This document shows, one piece after another, positions 30,398 to 39,327 of a DNA stretch of 64,000 bases. Each line of letters opens with the position of its first letter. Positions within the stretch are counted from its first letter, which is position 1. A program made the position numbers and the translations under genes. Source of the DNA: Gemmatimonas sp. (GTDB lineage Bacteria; Gemmatimonadota; Gemmatimonadetes; Gemmatimonadales; Gemmatimonadaceae). Under the pieces are notes generated by a model that saw nothing but the letters and a program-made list of their open reading frames with translations, searched no databases and had not been told where the DNA came from. The stretch covers positions 1 through 64,000 of the forward strand of contig JANNVQ010000011.1 of the NCBI GenBank assembly GCA_031414535.1. The letters are read 5' to 3'.

Positions 30398-32850
30398 CGA
30401 CAGCGCCGGAAGCGGGGCTCACCTCTGCAGAAGCAGAGCGTAGACTGGCGGAGTCTGGCCCCAACGAGATTGAGCGCGAGGCCGCGAGCACGCGGTGGAG
30501 CCAGTTCGCGCATCAGTTCTCGAGCCCGGTGGTGTGGCTCCTCTTGGGAGCCGGTGTGCTCTCGGCCGCGGTCGGCGAAGGGCTCGATGCAATCGTGATC
30601 AGCGCGATTGTGCTCGTCAATGCGGGGATCGGCTACATACAGGAGCACCGCGCGGAGCGCGCGGTTACGGCGCTGCGTGCGATGACAGCGCCGCAAGCTC
30701 GAGTCCTCCGGGACGGGCATAGTGTCATGCTACCGTCCGAGGCCATCGTGGCAGGGGATCTGCTCGTGCTCGAAGCGGGCGACGTTGTTGCCGCGGACGC
30801 TCGACTTCGGACCGCGAACGCGTTGACGGCGAATGAGGCGTCGCTCACGGGTGAGAGCGCTCCGGCCGAGAAGAAAACGGAGGCGACCCCGGAGAACACT
30901 CCACTCGCGGATCGTCACGACTTCGTCTTCATGGGCACCGCGATCGCGACGGGCAGCGCGCTTGCTGAGGTCACAGCGACCGGGATGAAGTCCGAGCTCG
31001 GGAAGATTGCGCACTTGCTGGTGACGGCGGAGGAAACGGCGACTCCGTTGCAACAGCATCTGGCTCGGGTTAGCCGGACGCTATTGATCATCTGCGGCGG
31101 ACTCGTGGCGCTGGTCGCCCTCGTGGGGTTCATGCGCGGTTGGCCGCTGCTAGAGGTCCTCATGGCGGCTGTCTCGCTCGCTGTTGCTGCGGTACCCGAG
31201 GGATTGCCGGCGGTCGTGACCATCGCGCTCGCCGTCGGGGTGCAACGGATGGCGGTGCGGAAAGTTCTCGTTCGTCGTTTGCCCGCAGTCGAGACGCTCG
31301 GATGCGCGACCGTGATTTGCACTGACAAAACCGGAACGCTCACAACCGGCGTCATGCGGGTACGCGAGTTGTCGGGGCCAGATCACGCGAAGCTCCTCCA
31401 TGCGGGCGCTGCCTGCGCCGACGCGGAGATGGCGCGCGATGGTCGGCCTGGAGTTGGGGATCCCACGGAGTTGGCAATCCTAATCGCGGCGGCCGAGCAC
31501 GGGATAGACCGCATTCAGATTGAAGCGACCAATCGTCGAGTCACGGTGGTCCCGTTTGATGCGGTGCGGAAGATTATGTCAATCGAGCGCGCCGACGGTC
31601 ACGTGTATATCAAGGGCGCGGTCGAGAGCGTGCTCCCACTGTGCGCAGCCGGGATTGAGGGCGCGGTCGAGACAAACACGCAGATGGCGGGGCGCGGGCT
31701 GCGGGTCCTCGCGGTCGCCGTTGCGCCCGCGGGACCGGAAATGCGCGCAACGCTGCTAGGGCTCATTGGGATTGCAGACCCGCCTCGCACTGAGGCGATT
31801 GCAGCGATTGCTGCGGCTCGCGCAGCTGGAATCACTACGGTGATGATCACGGGCGACCACATAGAGACAGCTCGCGCGATCGCAAAGGAGTTAGGCATTC
31901 TGGCTGACGGCGATGCGGCGAACGACCTCGTCCACGCACGTGCGACGCCTGAGGACAAAATCAGAATCGTGCGCGAGTGGAAGGCACGGGGCGCGATCGT
32001 GGCGATGACTGGCGACGGCGTGAACGACGCCCCAGCACTCCGCGAAGCGCATGTCGGCATCGCGATGGGTCTTACTGGAACCGAAGTTACGCGCGAAGCG
32101 TCGGACATCGTGCTCGCCGACGACAACTTCGCGAGCATCGTCGAAGGTATCCGCGAGGGTCGCACAATCTTCGACAATATCCAGAAGACCCTCGTGTACC
32201 TGTTGTCGGGGAACGCGGCGGAGCTCATTGTGATGCTCGTGGCAGCCTTGGCGGGTTGGCCATTGCCCCTCCTTCCTCTGCACCTGTTGTGGATCAATGT
32301 CGTCACCGATGGCCTGCCCGCCCTCGCGCTGGTGGTTGATCCGCCGGAGGCCGACGTTCTTGGGCGGCCTCCGCGCAAACCCGATGCTCCGATGCTGGGT
32401 CGCATGCAGTGGCAGTTCATCGTCGCCACCGGTGTACTCCAAGCGGCTGCGACACTCGGCGTGTACGCTTGGGCGCTGAACGCTCGCGAGCTGCCCGAAG
32501 CACGCAACCTTGCCTTCTCCGTGCTCGTCTTCGGCGAGCTGTTCCGGGCATTTGCCGCGCGCAGTCCCACGCGCCTCTTTTGGGAAGTGGGCGTCTTCAC
32601 CAACCCGCGACTAGTGGCCGTCGTTCTGTTCTCCGTCGTGATGCAGCTTGGGATTCATTACATCCCAGTGTTCCAGCGCGTGTTCGACGTGGGGAGCCTT
32701 TCGCTCGCCGACTGCGTGCTTACGCTGGTGGTTGCGCTGGTGCCGGTGAGCATAATCGAGATGTCAAAGCTCTTGCGTCGCCTGCGGCCCGGCACCAGTC
32801 CGCAGGCGCCTGACTCCGCGTCCATCCGTACTGGAACTCAGTCCCGCTGA
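30394..32850 (+). CDS. P-type cation-transporting ATPase, P2A (Ca2+-ATPase-like)
   Basis: LTGES, VPEGL, DKTGTLT, TGD, GDGVND, LWINVVTDGLPALAL; GTG start overlaps the cusA stop (GTGA); no CPC/CPH motif or metal-binding domain. Confidence 0.88.
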   Translation: MTTAPEAGLTSAEAERRLAESGPNEIEREAASTRWSQFAHQFSSPVVWLLLGAGVLSAAVGEGLDAIVISAIVLVNAGIGYIQEHRAERAVTALRAMTAPQARVLRDGHSVMLPSEAIVAGDLLVLEAGDVVAADARLRTANALTANEASLTGESAPAEKKTEATPENTPLADRHDFVFMGTAIATGSALAEVTATGMKSELGKIAHLLVTAEETATPLQQHLARVSRTLLIICGGLVALVALVGFMRGWPLLEVLMAAVSLAVAAVPEGLPAVVTIALAVGVQRMAVRKVLVRRLPAVETLGCATVICTDKTGTLTTGVMRVRELSGPDHAKLLHAGAACADAEMARDGRPGVGDPTELAILIAAAEHGIDRIQIEATNRRVTVVPFDAVRKIMSIERADGHVYIKGAVESVLPLCAAGIEGAVETNTQMAGRGLRVLAVAVAPAGPEMRATLLGLIGIADPPRTEAIAAIAAARAAGITTVMITGDHIETARAIAKELGILADGDAANDLVHARATPEDKIRIVREWKARGAIVAMTGDGVNDAPALREAHVGIAMGLTGTEVTREASDIVLADDNFASIVEGIREGRTIFDNIQKTLVYLLSGNAAELIVMLVAALAGWPLPLLPLHLLWINVVTDGLPALALVVDPPEADVLGRPPRKPDAPMLGRMQWQFIVATGVLQAAATLGVYAWALNARELPEARNLAFSVLVFGELFRAFAARSPTRLFWEVGVFTNPRLVAVVLFSVVMQLGIHYIPVFQRVFDVGSLSLADCVLTLVVALVPVSIIEMSKLLRRLRPGTSPQAPDSASIRTGTQSR

Positions 32851-33728
32851 CGCTGTGAGGGATTGTCAACTGCAAAGACAAGGGTGGCCCAATGCGTGTC
32901 CCAGTCCGCGCCGGATCCAGCCGCAGCCTGCGTCACATGAATCGTGCGGACGCTCCACAGTCCTAGCCGACTCAGCGGCACGCGGACAATGCCACCTGCG
33001 TCCGGCGTATAGCTGCTCGGCAAAGTCGCTCCGTTATGGCCGGCGTGCCCAGCACCGCCGGGAGTATCGCGGTCGATGCTGAGATCAACAACGTCTGCGT
33101 GCACGGGAATTCCCGTCAACGGTGCGCCGCGGAACAGGAGGCGCAGTTCAAGCGTGTCGCCGACGCGCAGTGAAGCCGGGTCGCGCAGAGGAACGAACTC
33201 GATGACGTGCCCTGCAGGTCGCGCGAATGCGCGCCCACCACCAGCACCGACCTGCACGAGCGTCTTGGCGTACTTCGCGTAGCGCCGCGTTACGCTGTCC
33301 TTTCCGCTTAACAGCCCCTCTCGCTCCACGCGCTGCCTCGCGGCCGTTGCACCCTCAGCGTCTAGGTACTCACGGAATCCATTGGCCGACACACGCACGC
33401 TGCGCGAGTGGAGCGAGACCGCAACAACATATTGTCCAGCGCGCGGTGGCCGATCGCGGACGAGCAGCGAGCGACCCTGGACGGAGAGGCCAGAGATTGC
33501 GACTTCGCCACTCTCGCCAATGCGCTTGGCAGATGCAACCCGGTCCACGGCAACGGCGGAGCGACTCGTCGGGAATTGGCTGCTCGTTTGACCGCGCAGC
33601 ATCACGTCCTCGCCCAGCGCGACAGAGAACGCGTTGGGGATGAGCCAGAAATCATCGGCACCGACGGCGCTGGCGCTGAGCAGGAGCGCGCCTAGCATGA
33701 ACCTAGTTCTGCGTGTCATACCTAACAT
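32838..33728 (-). CDS. DUF4198-like periplasmic protein
   Basis: Signal peptide then DFWLIP; FREYLDAEG, RYAKYAKTLV, IEFVPLRDP, DWDTHWATLVF; GHAGH insert. Confidence 0.75.
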   Translation of the reverse strand: MLGMTRRTRFMLGALLLSASAVGADDFWLIPNAFSVALGEDVMLRGQTSSQFPTSRSAVAVDRVASAKRIGESGEVAISGLSVQGRSLLVRDRPPRAGQYVVAVSLHSRSVRVSANGFREYLDAEGATAARQRVEREGLLSGKDSVTRRYAKYAKTLVQVGAGGGRAFARPAGHVIEFVPLRDPASLRVGDTLELRLLFRGAPLTGIPVHADVVDLSIDRDTPGGAGHAGHNGATLPSSYTPDAGGIVRVPLSRLGLWSVRTIHVTQAAAGSGADWDTHWATLVFAVDNPSQRQRD

Positions 33729-33729
33729 C

Positions 33730-34668
33730 CTACTCTCCTGGCATTGGTGTCGCTACGAGTACTGCGGTAGCGGTAACTACGAAGAATGCAGCGGCGAGCT
33801 CGACAAGCGACGATCGACGTAGCCTTGCGCTTGAATGCGCCTGACCGAGTACGGGAAGCACACGACGCCAATTGTACGCGCCGGTCCCAGCGGCGACCGA
33901 GAGAAGTCCCAGCTTGATTACCAGTATGCGGCCGTACTCACTCTGCCACAGTGGAGCGAATCCACCGAGGTTGCCCCACGCTGTGTAGAGTCCGGTGATT
34001 GCAAGCAGACCGGAAAATACGAGGGCCGTAGGGCTGAATGCGCGAACGAGCCCCGCGACCCGCAAATCAAAATGCGCTGAGTCGCCCTTGACCCGTCGTG
34101 CAGCGGGGATGGCCACAAGAGTCAACATCGCAAGACTCCCAACCCACCCACCGGCACCAATGAGGTGTAGCAATTGCGCCGCGACGGCGATGATTGGCGA
34201 CTCTGCTGCAGCAGGATGCCCTGAGAGGGGCTGTGAAATCGCAAAAGCGAGAATCGCCGGGGCCGCGACAAGCCAAGCAGCATTTGGCGTCCGGCGTAGT
34301 CGCGGCGCCACCCAGGTCACAACCATCGCCGCTAGCATTGCCAGCCACCAAGTGCGGCCCCAGTTGGACTTGAAGAGCAACGTCGCAAACGATTCGCGCG
34401 ACAACGTCTGCTCGCTGCCGAAGACTGCAGCGTGTTGGGCAACAAGCCGAGCGAGGGTGGCTGCGACTGCAACGAGGCCTAAGCTATCAATCCATCGCGG
34501 TAGTCGCTCGCTGACGGCGATTCGGAGTTGCGTCGCGTCGGGCCCGGCGTAACGCGCGAGTACAATCCAGCGAAGCGCGAGCGTGCCGAGCAGCCCGATG
34601 CTGCACACAGAGAGCACCGCGCGGAGGGCGACAAACGCCGGGGACTCAACACCGAACTCTGTGCCCAT
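33730..34668 (-). CDS. copD: Copper resistance protein D (inner membrane)
   Basis: Multiple TMs; SGHPAA, LHLIGAGGWVGSL, RAFS, YGRILVIKLGL, GAYNW, VEL. Confidence 0.85.
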   Translation of the reverse strand: MGTEFGVESPAFVALRAVLSVCSIGLLGTLALRWIVLARYAGPDATQLRIAVSERLPRWIDSLGLVAVAATLARLVAQHAAVFGSEQTLSRESFATLLFKSNWGRTWWLAMLAAMVVTWVAPRLRRTPNAAWLVAAPAILAFAISQPLSGHPAAAESPIIAVAAQLLHLIGAGGWVGSLAMLTLVAIPAARRVKGDSAHFDLRVAGLVRAFSPTALVFSGLLAITGLYTAWGNLGGFAPLWQSEYGRILVIKLGLLSVAAGTGAYNWRRVLPVLGQAHSSARLRRSSLVELAAAFFVVTATAVLVATPMPGE

Positions 34669-34673
34669 AAGGG

Positions 34674-35087
34674 TCAGGGTCGCGCAGGGCGGGGAGCGGC
34701 GGCGGCGGGAGATGATTGCGCGGGCAGCACGTCGAACGAATACTGACCGCGAACGGGGTGGCCGTCATCACCCGTCACCTGCCAGCGAACGGTGTATCGA
34801 CCAGGCGCGAGCGCCGTGGCGAACGTCGCGACAATTGTTTTGCTGTCGCCGGCGACCAAATGCATCGAGTCAGGGCGGACCTGCACATCTCCGCGGAGCA
34901 GCGTGACGCGTGTGAGCGCGAGGTCCAAATCTTCGTTGAAGGAGAGCGCGATCTGCCGTGGGGCGTCAGCGCGGCTGTCGGCGGCGGGCGTCGCCTTCAG
35001 AAGACGCGGATGCGCGTGGGCGGCCCTGAGCGGTACCGCGAGGCTCAGGGCGACGAGAAGCGTCAAGGCTCGGCTGTGGAATCTCAT
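34674..35087 (-). CDS. copC: Periplasmic copper-binding protein CopC (no Met-rich Cu(I) site)
   Basis: Signal ending AHA, mature N-terminal His (HPRLLKATP), LSFNE, GRYTVRWQVTGDDGHPVRG. Confidence 0.9.
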   Translation of the reverse strand: MRFHSRALTLLVALSLAVPLRAAHAHPRLLKATPAADSRADAPRQIALSFNEDLDLALTRVTLLRGDVQVRPDSMHLVAGDSKTIVATFATALAPGRYTVRWQVTGDDGHPVRGQYSFDVLPAQSSPAAAAPRPARP

Positions 35088-35107
35088 GGCATTAAGGCTG
35101 AAGGTGT

Positions 35108-35122
35108 TTTACGCTGTGTAAA
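35108..35122. promoter_or_regulatory. Operator palindrome TTTAC-N5-GTAAA, copy 1 (upstream of copC)
   Basis: TTTACgctgtGTAAA; adjoins a minus-strand sigma70-like promoter TTGCCT(35150-35145)-N17-TATTAT(35127-35122). Confidence 0.7.
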
Positions 35123-35179
35123 TAATAGTCGGCGAGCACCGGCCAGGCAAGAGCACGTCTGGTGCCGATCTGGCGGCAC

Positions 35180-36235
35180 TCAGCGCGCGCCGACGGCGTC
35201 ATCATGTGGGCACGGCGACGCCGAGTCCGAAAGTCCAAGGGTCCATCCGCGGCAAAACATGTGCGCGATGGGGAGGCTACCCGGATGATCGCAGTGCGCC
35301 GGACTGTGGCCACTGTGATTCAGCGGATCGCTCAACGGGTGCAATACCATCAACCCAGAACTCCACGTGAGCAGCAGGGCGGCTGTCGCCGCGATCAGGG
35401 AACGAGTAGACGTGTGCGATGTTGCAACCGGGTCCTCCCCCGCGAGGCGTCGGATGCGCCGCGGCAGCAGGTCAGCGCGCTGGAATCCGACGGTGGCCGC
35501 AAATGGATCGCTCCCGTTTCCGCCCAGCTTCAAGATGGCTGAGGCGAGCGGCAGGGCGAGATGCTTTGCCACTTCATCGTCGGCGGTGATCTCCACTTCG
35601 TCCTCCCAGTCGGCAGCGAGGCGACGCAGCACGGGAAGCCAGAAGAGGAGTGAGGCGAGCGCCCGTAGGCAAGCGAGACGCAGCGGGTCGCGGCGTCTCA
35701 CATGCACCATCTCGTGCGCGAGAACAGCTGTGAGTTCGTCTAGCGTCAGTCGCTCGTGCAGATCCGCCGCCACGAATACCTGCGGTGCTAGCCAACCAGA
35801 GGTGAAGGCTGGCATGGGCAGGCCACGTACAGTCCGAAGGCGCTTGACGCTGAGGCCTGCCTGTATCGAGGCTCGACCGAGCGACGAATCGCGATGTACG
35901 CGCGCCTGTGGCAGTGCTCGCATCACCGCTCTATGCCGCCACAACACGCGGCCCCGTTCGAACGCGGCGTACGCCACGCCAGCGTAAAGGAACCAGTGAG
36001 CAATCTTGTGAACGGGCTCTAGGAGTTGGTGTAGTGCCACGAGGCAGAGCATGGCGAGATGCTGTTGATCAGCGCGCAGCCATGGAACGGCGCCAAGCAC
36101 GTGATGACCCACGACCGGCGTTATCCCTAAGAGGAGCGCCGCGACGATTGCCAAGAGCAACACTCGGCGTCGCCGCTCCTCGCGGCGAATGACCGGTGGA
36201 CGGACGCCGGCACTCTGCGCCGACACTTCGGTCAT
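35180..36235 (-). CDS. M56/BlaR1-family membrane metalloprotease with His/Cys-rich C-terminal tail
   Basis: PAFTSGWLAPQV, AVLAHEMVHVRRRDPL (HExxH), LFWLP, EITADD, RIRRL; no penicillin-binding sensor domain; ATGA-coupled to blaI. Confidence 0.88.
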   Translation of the reverse strand: MTEVSAQSAGVRPPVIRREERRRRVLLLAIVAALLLGITPVVGHHVLGAVPWLRADQQHLAMLCLVALHQLLEPVHKIAHWFLYAGVAYAAFERGRVLWRHRAVMRALPQARVHRDSSLGRASIQAGLSVKRLRTVRGLPMPAFTSGWLAPQVFVAADLHERLTLDELTAVLAHEMVHVRRRDPLRLACLRALASLLFWLPVLRRLAADWEDEVEITADDEVAKHLALPLASAILKLGGNGSDPFAATVGFQRADLLPRRIRRLAGEDPVATSHTSTRSLIAATAALLLTWSSGLMVLHPLSDPLNHSGHSPAHCDHPGSLPIAHMFCRGWTLGLSDSASPCPHDDAVGAR

Positions 36236-36693
36236 CCTTCCTGTTCTCTTAGCTTGCGGCGAATCAGGCGAGCGAGTTCTGCGAGCTGTTCAGGATCGCG
36301 CTCCGCGAGGACGTCCACAATTGACGCCGTGACAGCTTCGGCGCCGAGCGAAAGAATGCCCTCGACAGCGCGCCGCGACGCTTGGGAGACGAAGTCCGAT
36401 TCGTCGAGGCGTGCGCTGAAATGCAGCCGACCACTCACGCGTGCACGCGAGAGGAATCCCTTGCGCACGAGGCGATTGAGTACCGTTGTACTGGTCAGTG
36501 GCGATACCGGATGGTCCTCGCGCAAGAGCTCGTGAATTTCACGGGCGGTAAGCGGGCCCTCGGCGTCCCAACACAGACGCATCAAGCGGGACTCCAGCTC
36601 CCCCAAGACCGTGCTGACTCCGCTTCCTGAGAGCTTCATCGTCTCAGGGAGGCGTGGAGTCTTGGGAGAGAAAATGTGACGCTTGCGCATCAC
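36232..36693 (-). CDS. BlaI/MecI/CopY-family transcriptional repressor
   Basis: LGELESRLMRLCW..PLTAREIHE..TSTTVLNRLVRKGFLSR winged helix; no C-terminal CxC motif. Confidence 0.9.
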   Translation of the reverse strand: MMRKRHIFSPKTPRLPETMKLSGSGVSTVLGELESRLMRLCWDAEGPLTAREIHELLREDHPVSPLTSTTVLNRLVRKGFLSRARVSGRLHFSARLDESDFVSQASRRAVEGILSLGAEAVTASIVDVLAERDPEQLAELARLIRRKLREQEG

Positions 36694-37229
36694 GGCATCG
36701 CCGGATCACTGGGCCGACGAGCGCGACCTGCGGTCTGCGTGAGCCGCACGATCCATCGGTTGCCACGGCGCTCAAGGATGGCCGTGCCACGACCGACAAC
36801 ATCGGCCTTTCCGTCTGGTAGGTCAGCCGAGAGGGCATAGCGATATGTCGCCCACGCGAGGTTCCCCGACACGCGCGCCTCAATCTCGAAGGGGCGATAC
36901 TTAAAGTTGCGAAAATCCTTAAGCTCAGGCGCGAGATGGTTGTCTCGGTAGTCTGTCCAGCCACGGTTCATGCCGGCGCCTTCAATGACTAGGAGGCTGT
37001 CGCCCGCGTAGATGGAGTCGAGTGCCGCGAGGTCTCCGCGTTCGGCGGCGGCGAAGAGTTCACGGATGGCGCGGACGACGGATGCAGCCTCAGCGTTGGG
37101 TGCGGCCGTCGGTGCAGTCGCCGGTGCAGTCGCTGGTGCGGGGTGTTGATGGGCCTGTGCAGCACTGCTGTTTGACAGCACGAGGCTGAACAGCGAAAGC
37201 GCAACGAAGCGACGCAGGAAGGTTTTCAT
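36690..37229 (-). CDS. Exported NTF2/SnoaL-like (DUF4440-like) protein
   Basis: Signal peptide, QAHQH, Pro/Ala/Thr linker, FAAAERGDLAALDSIY, EGAGMNRGWTDYRDNHLAPEL, TAILERRGNRWIV. Confidence 0.75.
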   Translation of the reverse strand: MKTFLRRFVALSLFSLVLSNSSAAQAHQHPAPATAPATAPTAAPNAEAASVVRAIRELFAAAERGDLAALDSIYAGDSLLVIEGAGMNRGWTDYRDNHLAPELKDFRNFKYRPFEIEARVSGNLAWATYRYALSADLPDGKADVVGRGTAILERRGNRWIVRLTQTAGRARRPSDPAMP

Positions 37230-37286
37230 GTGTGGTCAAGACCCAGAGGCGAAGAGGGGGGCGGGAACTTCAGCGGGGAATAGAGA

Positions 37287-37303
37287 ATTTACCCTAAGTA
37301 AAT
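37287..37303. promoter_or_regulatory. Operator palindrome copy 2 (upstream of the NTF2-blaI-blaR operon)
   Basis: ATTTACcctaaGTAAAT; overlaps minus-strand TTGCAC(37315-37310)-N18-TAAATT(37291-37286). Confidence 0.7.
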
Positions 37304-37345
37304 ACTGGCGTGCAAGGACGGCGTGTGCGTAGCGAGGGCAAGACA

Positions 37346-37362
37346 CTTTACAAAGCGTAAAG
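37346..37362. promoter_or_regulatory. Operator palindrome copy 3 (upstream of copAB)
   Basis: CTTTACaaagcGTAAAG. Confidence 0.7.
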
Positions 37363-37434
37363 CTAATGCCTATTGTTCGTCAACGCCGATGCACTTCGCG
37401 CCGAACCGCCACACGACCCTGCACCCGCCCGCCC

Positions 37435-39327
37435 GTGACTGATACCAGCATCCCAACCATCCTCTCCCGTCGTCGTTTCGTCGGCGCTGCCGCCGTCGCA
37501 GCCGTAGGGGCCGCTGCCGGTGCAGCTACGCCTGCGTCGCTGCAAGCCATGCCGGGAACTTTGATGCGCCTAGATCCTGGGCTTGGTAGGTTGTCCCCCG
37601 CACCCAACGGCGTGCGTGAGTACGATCTCACGATCGCCGAGACCACGCTGCGCGTGGATGGTCGCAATGCCCGCACCGTGACAATCAACGGCACCGTGCC
37701 CGGCCCCGTGCTGCGATTCCGTGAAGGTGAGGAGGCAGTCATTCGGGTGCGGAACACGCTCTCAGAGGATACCTCCATTCATTGGCACGGCATCCTGCTT
37801 CCGCCAAACATGGACGGCGTTCCCGGATTGAGCTTCCCGGGCATCCGTCCGGGTGAGACGTTCGAGTATCGCTTTGCGATCAAGCAAGCCGGCACCTATT
37901 GGTACCACAGTCACTCCGGATTGCAGGAGCAACTTGGGCACTACGGGGCGCTCATCATTGAGCCTGCCGAACGAACTGGGCCGATGTACGACCGCGAGCA
38001 CGCGGTGGTGCTCTCCGACTGGACCTTCGAAGATCCGTATCGTGTGCTCTCGCGGCTCAAGAAGCAGCCCGATGCCTACAACTATCAGCGCCGCACTATC
38101 GCGGACTTCTTTCGCGACGTTGCCCGCGATGGCTTCTCGGCGACGCTCAGCGATCGGACCATGTGGTCGGGCATGCGGATGAACCCCACCGATATCGCGG
38201 ATGTGACTGGGGCGACGTACAGCTACTTGCTCAACGGGCGAACGGCGGCAGAGCCGTGGTTTGGCCAGTTCGCTCCCGGTGAGCGCGTTCTTCTGCGCAT
38301 CATCAACGCCGGTGCGGGGTCGTACTTCGATGTCCGTATCCCAGGCTTGCCGATGACCGTCGTGCAGGTGAGCGGACAACCGATTGAACCCATCGAGACC
38401 GACGAGTTGCGTATCGCGCTGGCGGAGACGTATGACGTCATTGTGCAGTTGCCCGACGACCGCGCCTACACCCTCTACGCCGAAGCGATGGATCGCAGCG
38501 GGTTCACTGCGGGCACGCTGTCACCGCGAGCGGGAGCGCTGACGGAACTGCCGGCGCGCCGCCGCCGCCCCCTGCTCGAGATGAAGGACATGGGGATGGA
38601 CCATTCACAGATGGCGGGCATGGATGACGAGATGGATCATGCCGCGATGGGCCACGAGATGCCCAGCTCCGCTCCGGCAGCCGCGGCGGCGGATGACGAG
38701 CACGCCGGTCACGATATGTCGTCGAGTGCCACCGCGATGACGCTCCGTGCGCCCGGCACGCTGCCACCCGAGACGATGCACGGGTCTGAGACGCACGGCG
38801 TCGGAAACGCGATGGTCCCGATGAGCACGTCGAGCCGCTTGTCGGAGCCAGGCTCTGGGCTTGGCGAAGATGGACGACGCGTACTGCTCTACTCGGCGCT
38901 ACGCGCGCTGGCTCCGTGGCCGGAGTTGCACGCCCCGACCCGTGAGATTGAATTGCACCTCACGGGCAATATGGAGCGCTTCACTTGGGGCATTGATGGC
39001 ATTCCGCACGATCGTGCAACGCCCATTGAACTGGCCTACGGTGAACGCATTCGCCTCACGTTAGTGAATGACTCGATGATGAATCACCCAATGCATTTGC
39101 ACGGAATGTGGATGGTGTTGGAGAACGGGCAGGGTGAGCACAGTCCTCGCGTTCATACGGTAAACGTGAAGCCCGCAGAGCGTGTGTCGCTGTTACTGAC
39201 GGCGGATGCGCCCGGACGTTGGGCGTTCCATTGCCACGTGCTCTACCATATGGAAGTCGGAATGTTTCGCGAGGTGCGTGTGAGTGCGATGCCAAGTGGT
39301 CACGAGGGTCATCACAATGCAGACTGA
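37435..39327 (+). CDS. copA: Copper-resistance multicopper oxidase, CopA/PcoA family (Tat-exported)
   Basis: SRRRFV twin-arginine signal, IHWHG, YWYHSH, HPMHLHG, FHCHVLYHM; Met/His-rich insert; GTG start inferred (37366 is an alternative). Confidence 0.95.
   Translation: MTDTSIPTILSRRRFVGAAAVAAVGAAAGAATPASLQAMPGTLMRLDPGLGRLSPAPNGVREYDLTIAETTLRVDGRNARTVTINGTVPGPVLRFREGEEAVIRVRNTLSEDTSIHWHGILLPPNMDGVPGLSFPGIRPGETFEYRFAIKQAGTYWYHSHSGLQEQLGHYGALIIEPAERTGPMYDREHAVVLSDWTFEDPYRVLSRLKKQPDAYNYQRRTIADFFRDVARDGFSATLSDRTMWSGMRMNPTDIADVTGATYSYLLNGRTAAEPWFGQFAPGERVLLRIINAGAGSYFDVRIPGLPMTVVQVSGQPIEPIETDELRIALAETYDVIVQLPDDRAYTLYAEAMDRSGFTAGTLSPRAGALTELPARRRRPLLEMKDMGMDHSQMAGMDDEMDHAAMGHEMPSSAPAAAAADDEHAGHDMSSSATAMTLRAPGTLPPETMHGSETHGVGNAMVPMSTSSRLSEPGSGLGEDGRRVLLYSALRALAPWPELHAPTREIELHLTGNMERFTWGIDGIPHDRATPIELAYGERIRLTLVNDSMMNHPMHLHGMWMVLENGQGEHSPRVHTVNVKPAERVSLLLTADAPGRWAFHCHVLYHMEVGMFREVRVSAMPSGHEGHHNAD

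Noticed and set aside
30394..32850. Calling the ATPase a copper-exporting CopA (P1B)
   Set aside because: Has PEGL and no CPC/CPH motif or metal-binding domain, so it is P2-type
35180..36693. Beta-lactam resistance (bla/mec) regulatory locus
   Set aside because: No beta-lactamase or PBP gene nearby and no penicillin-binding sensor domain
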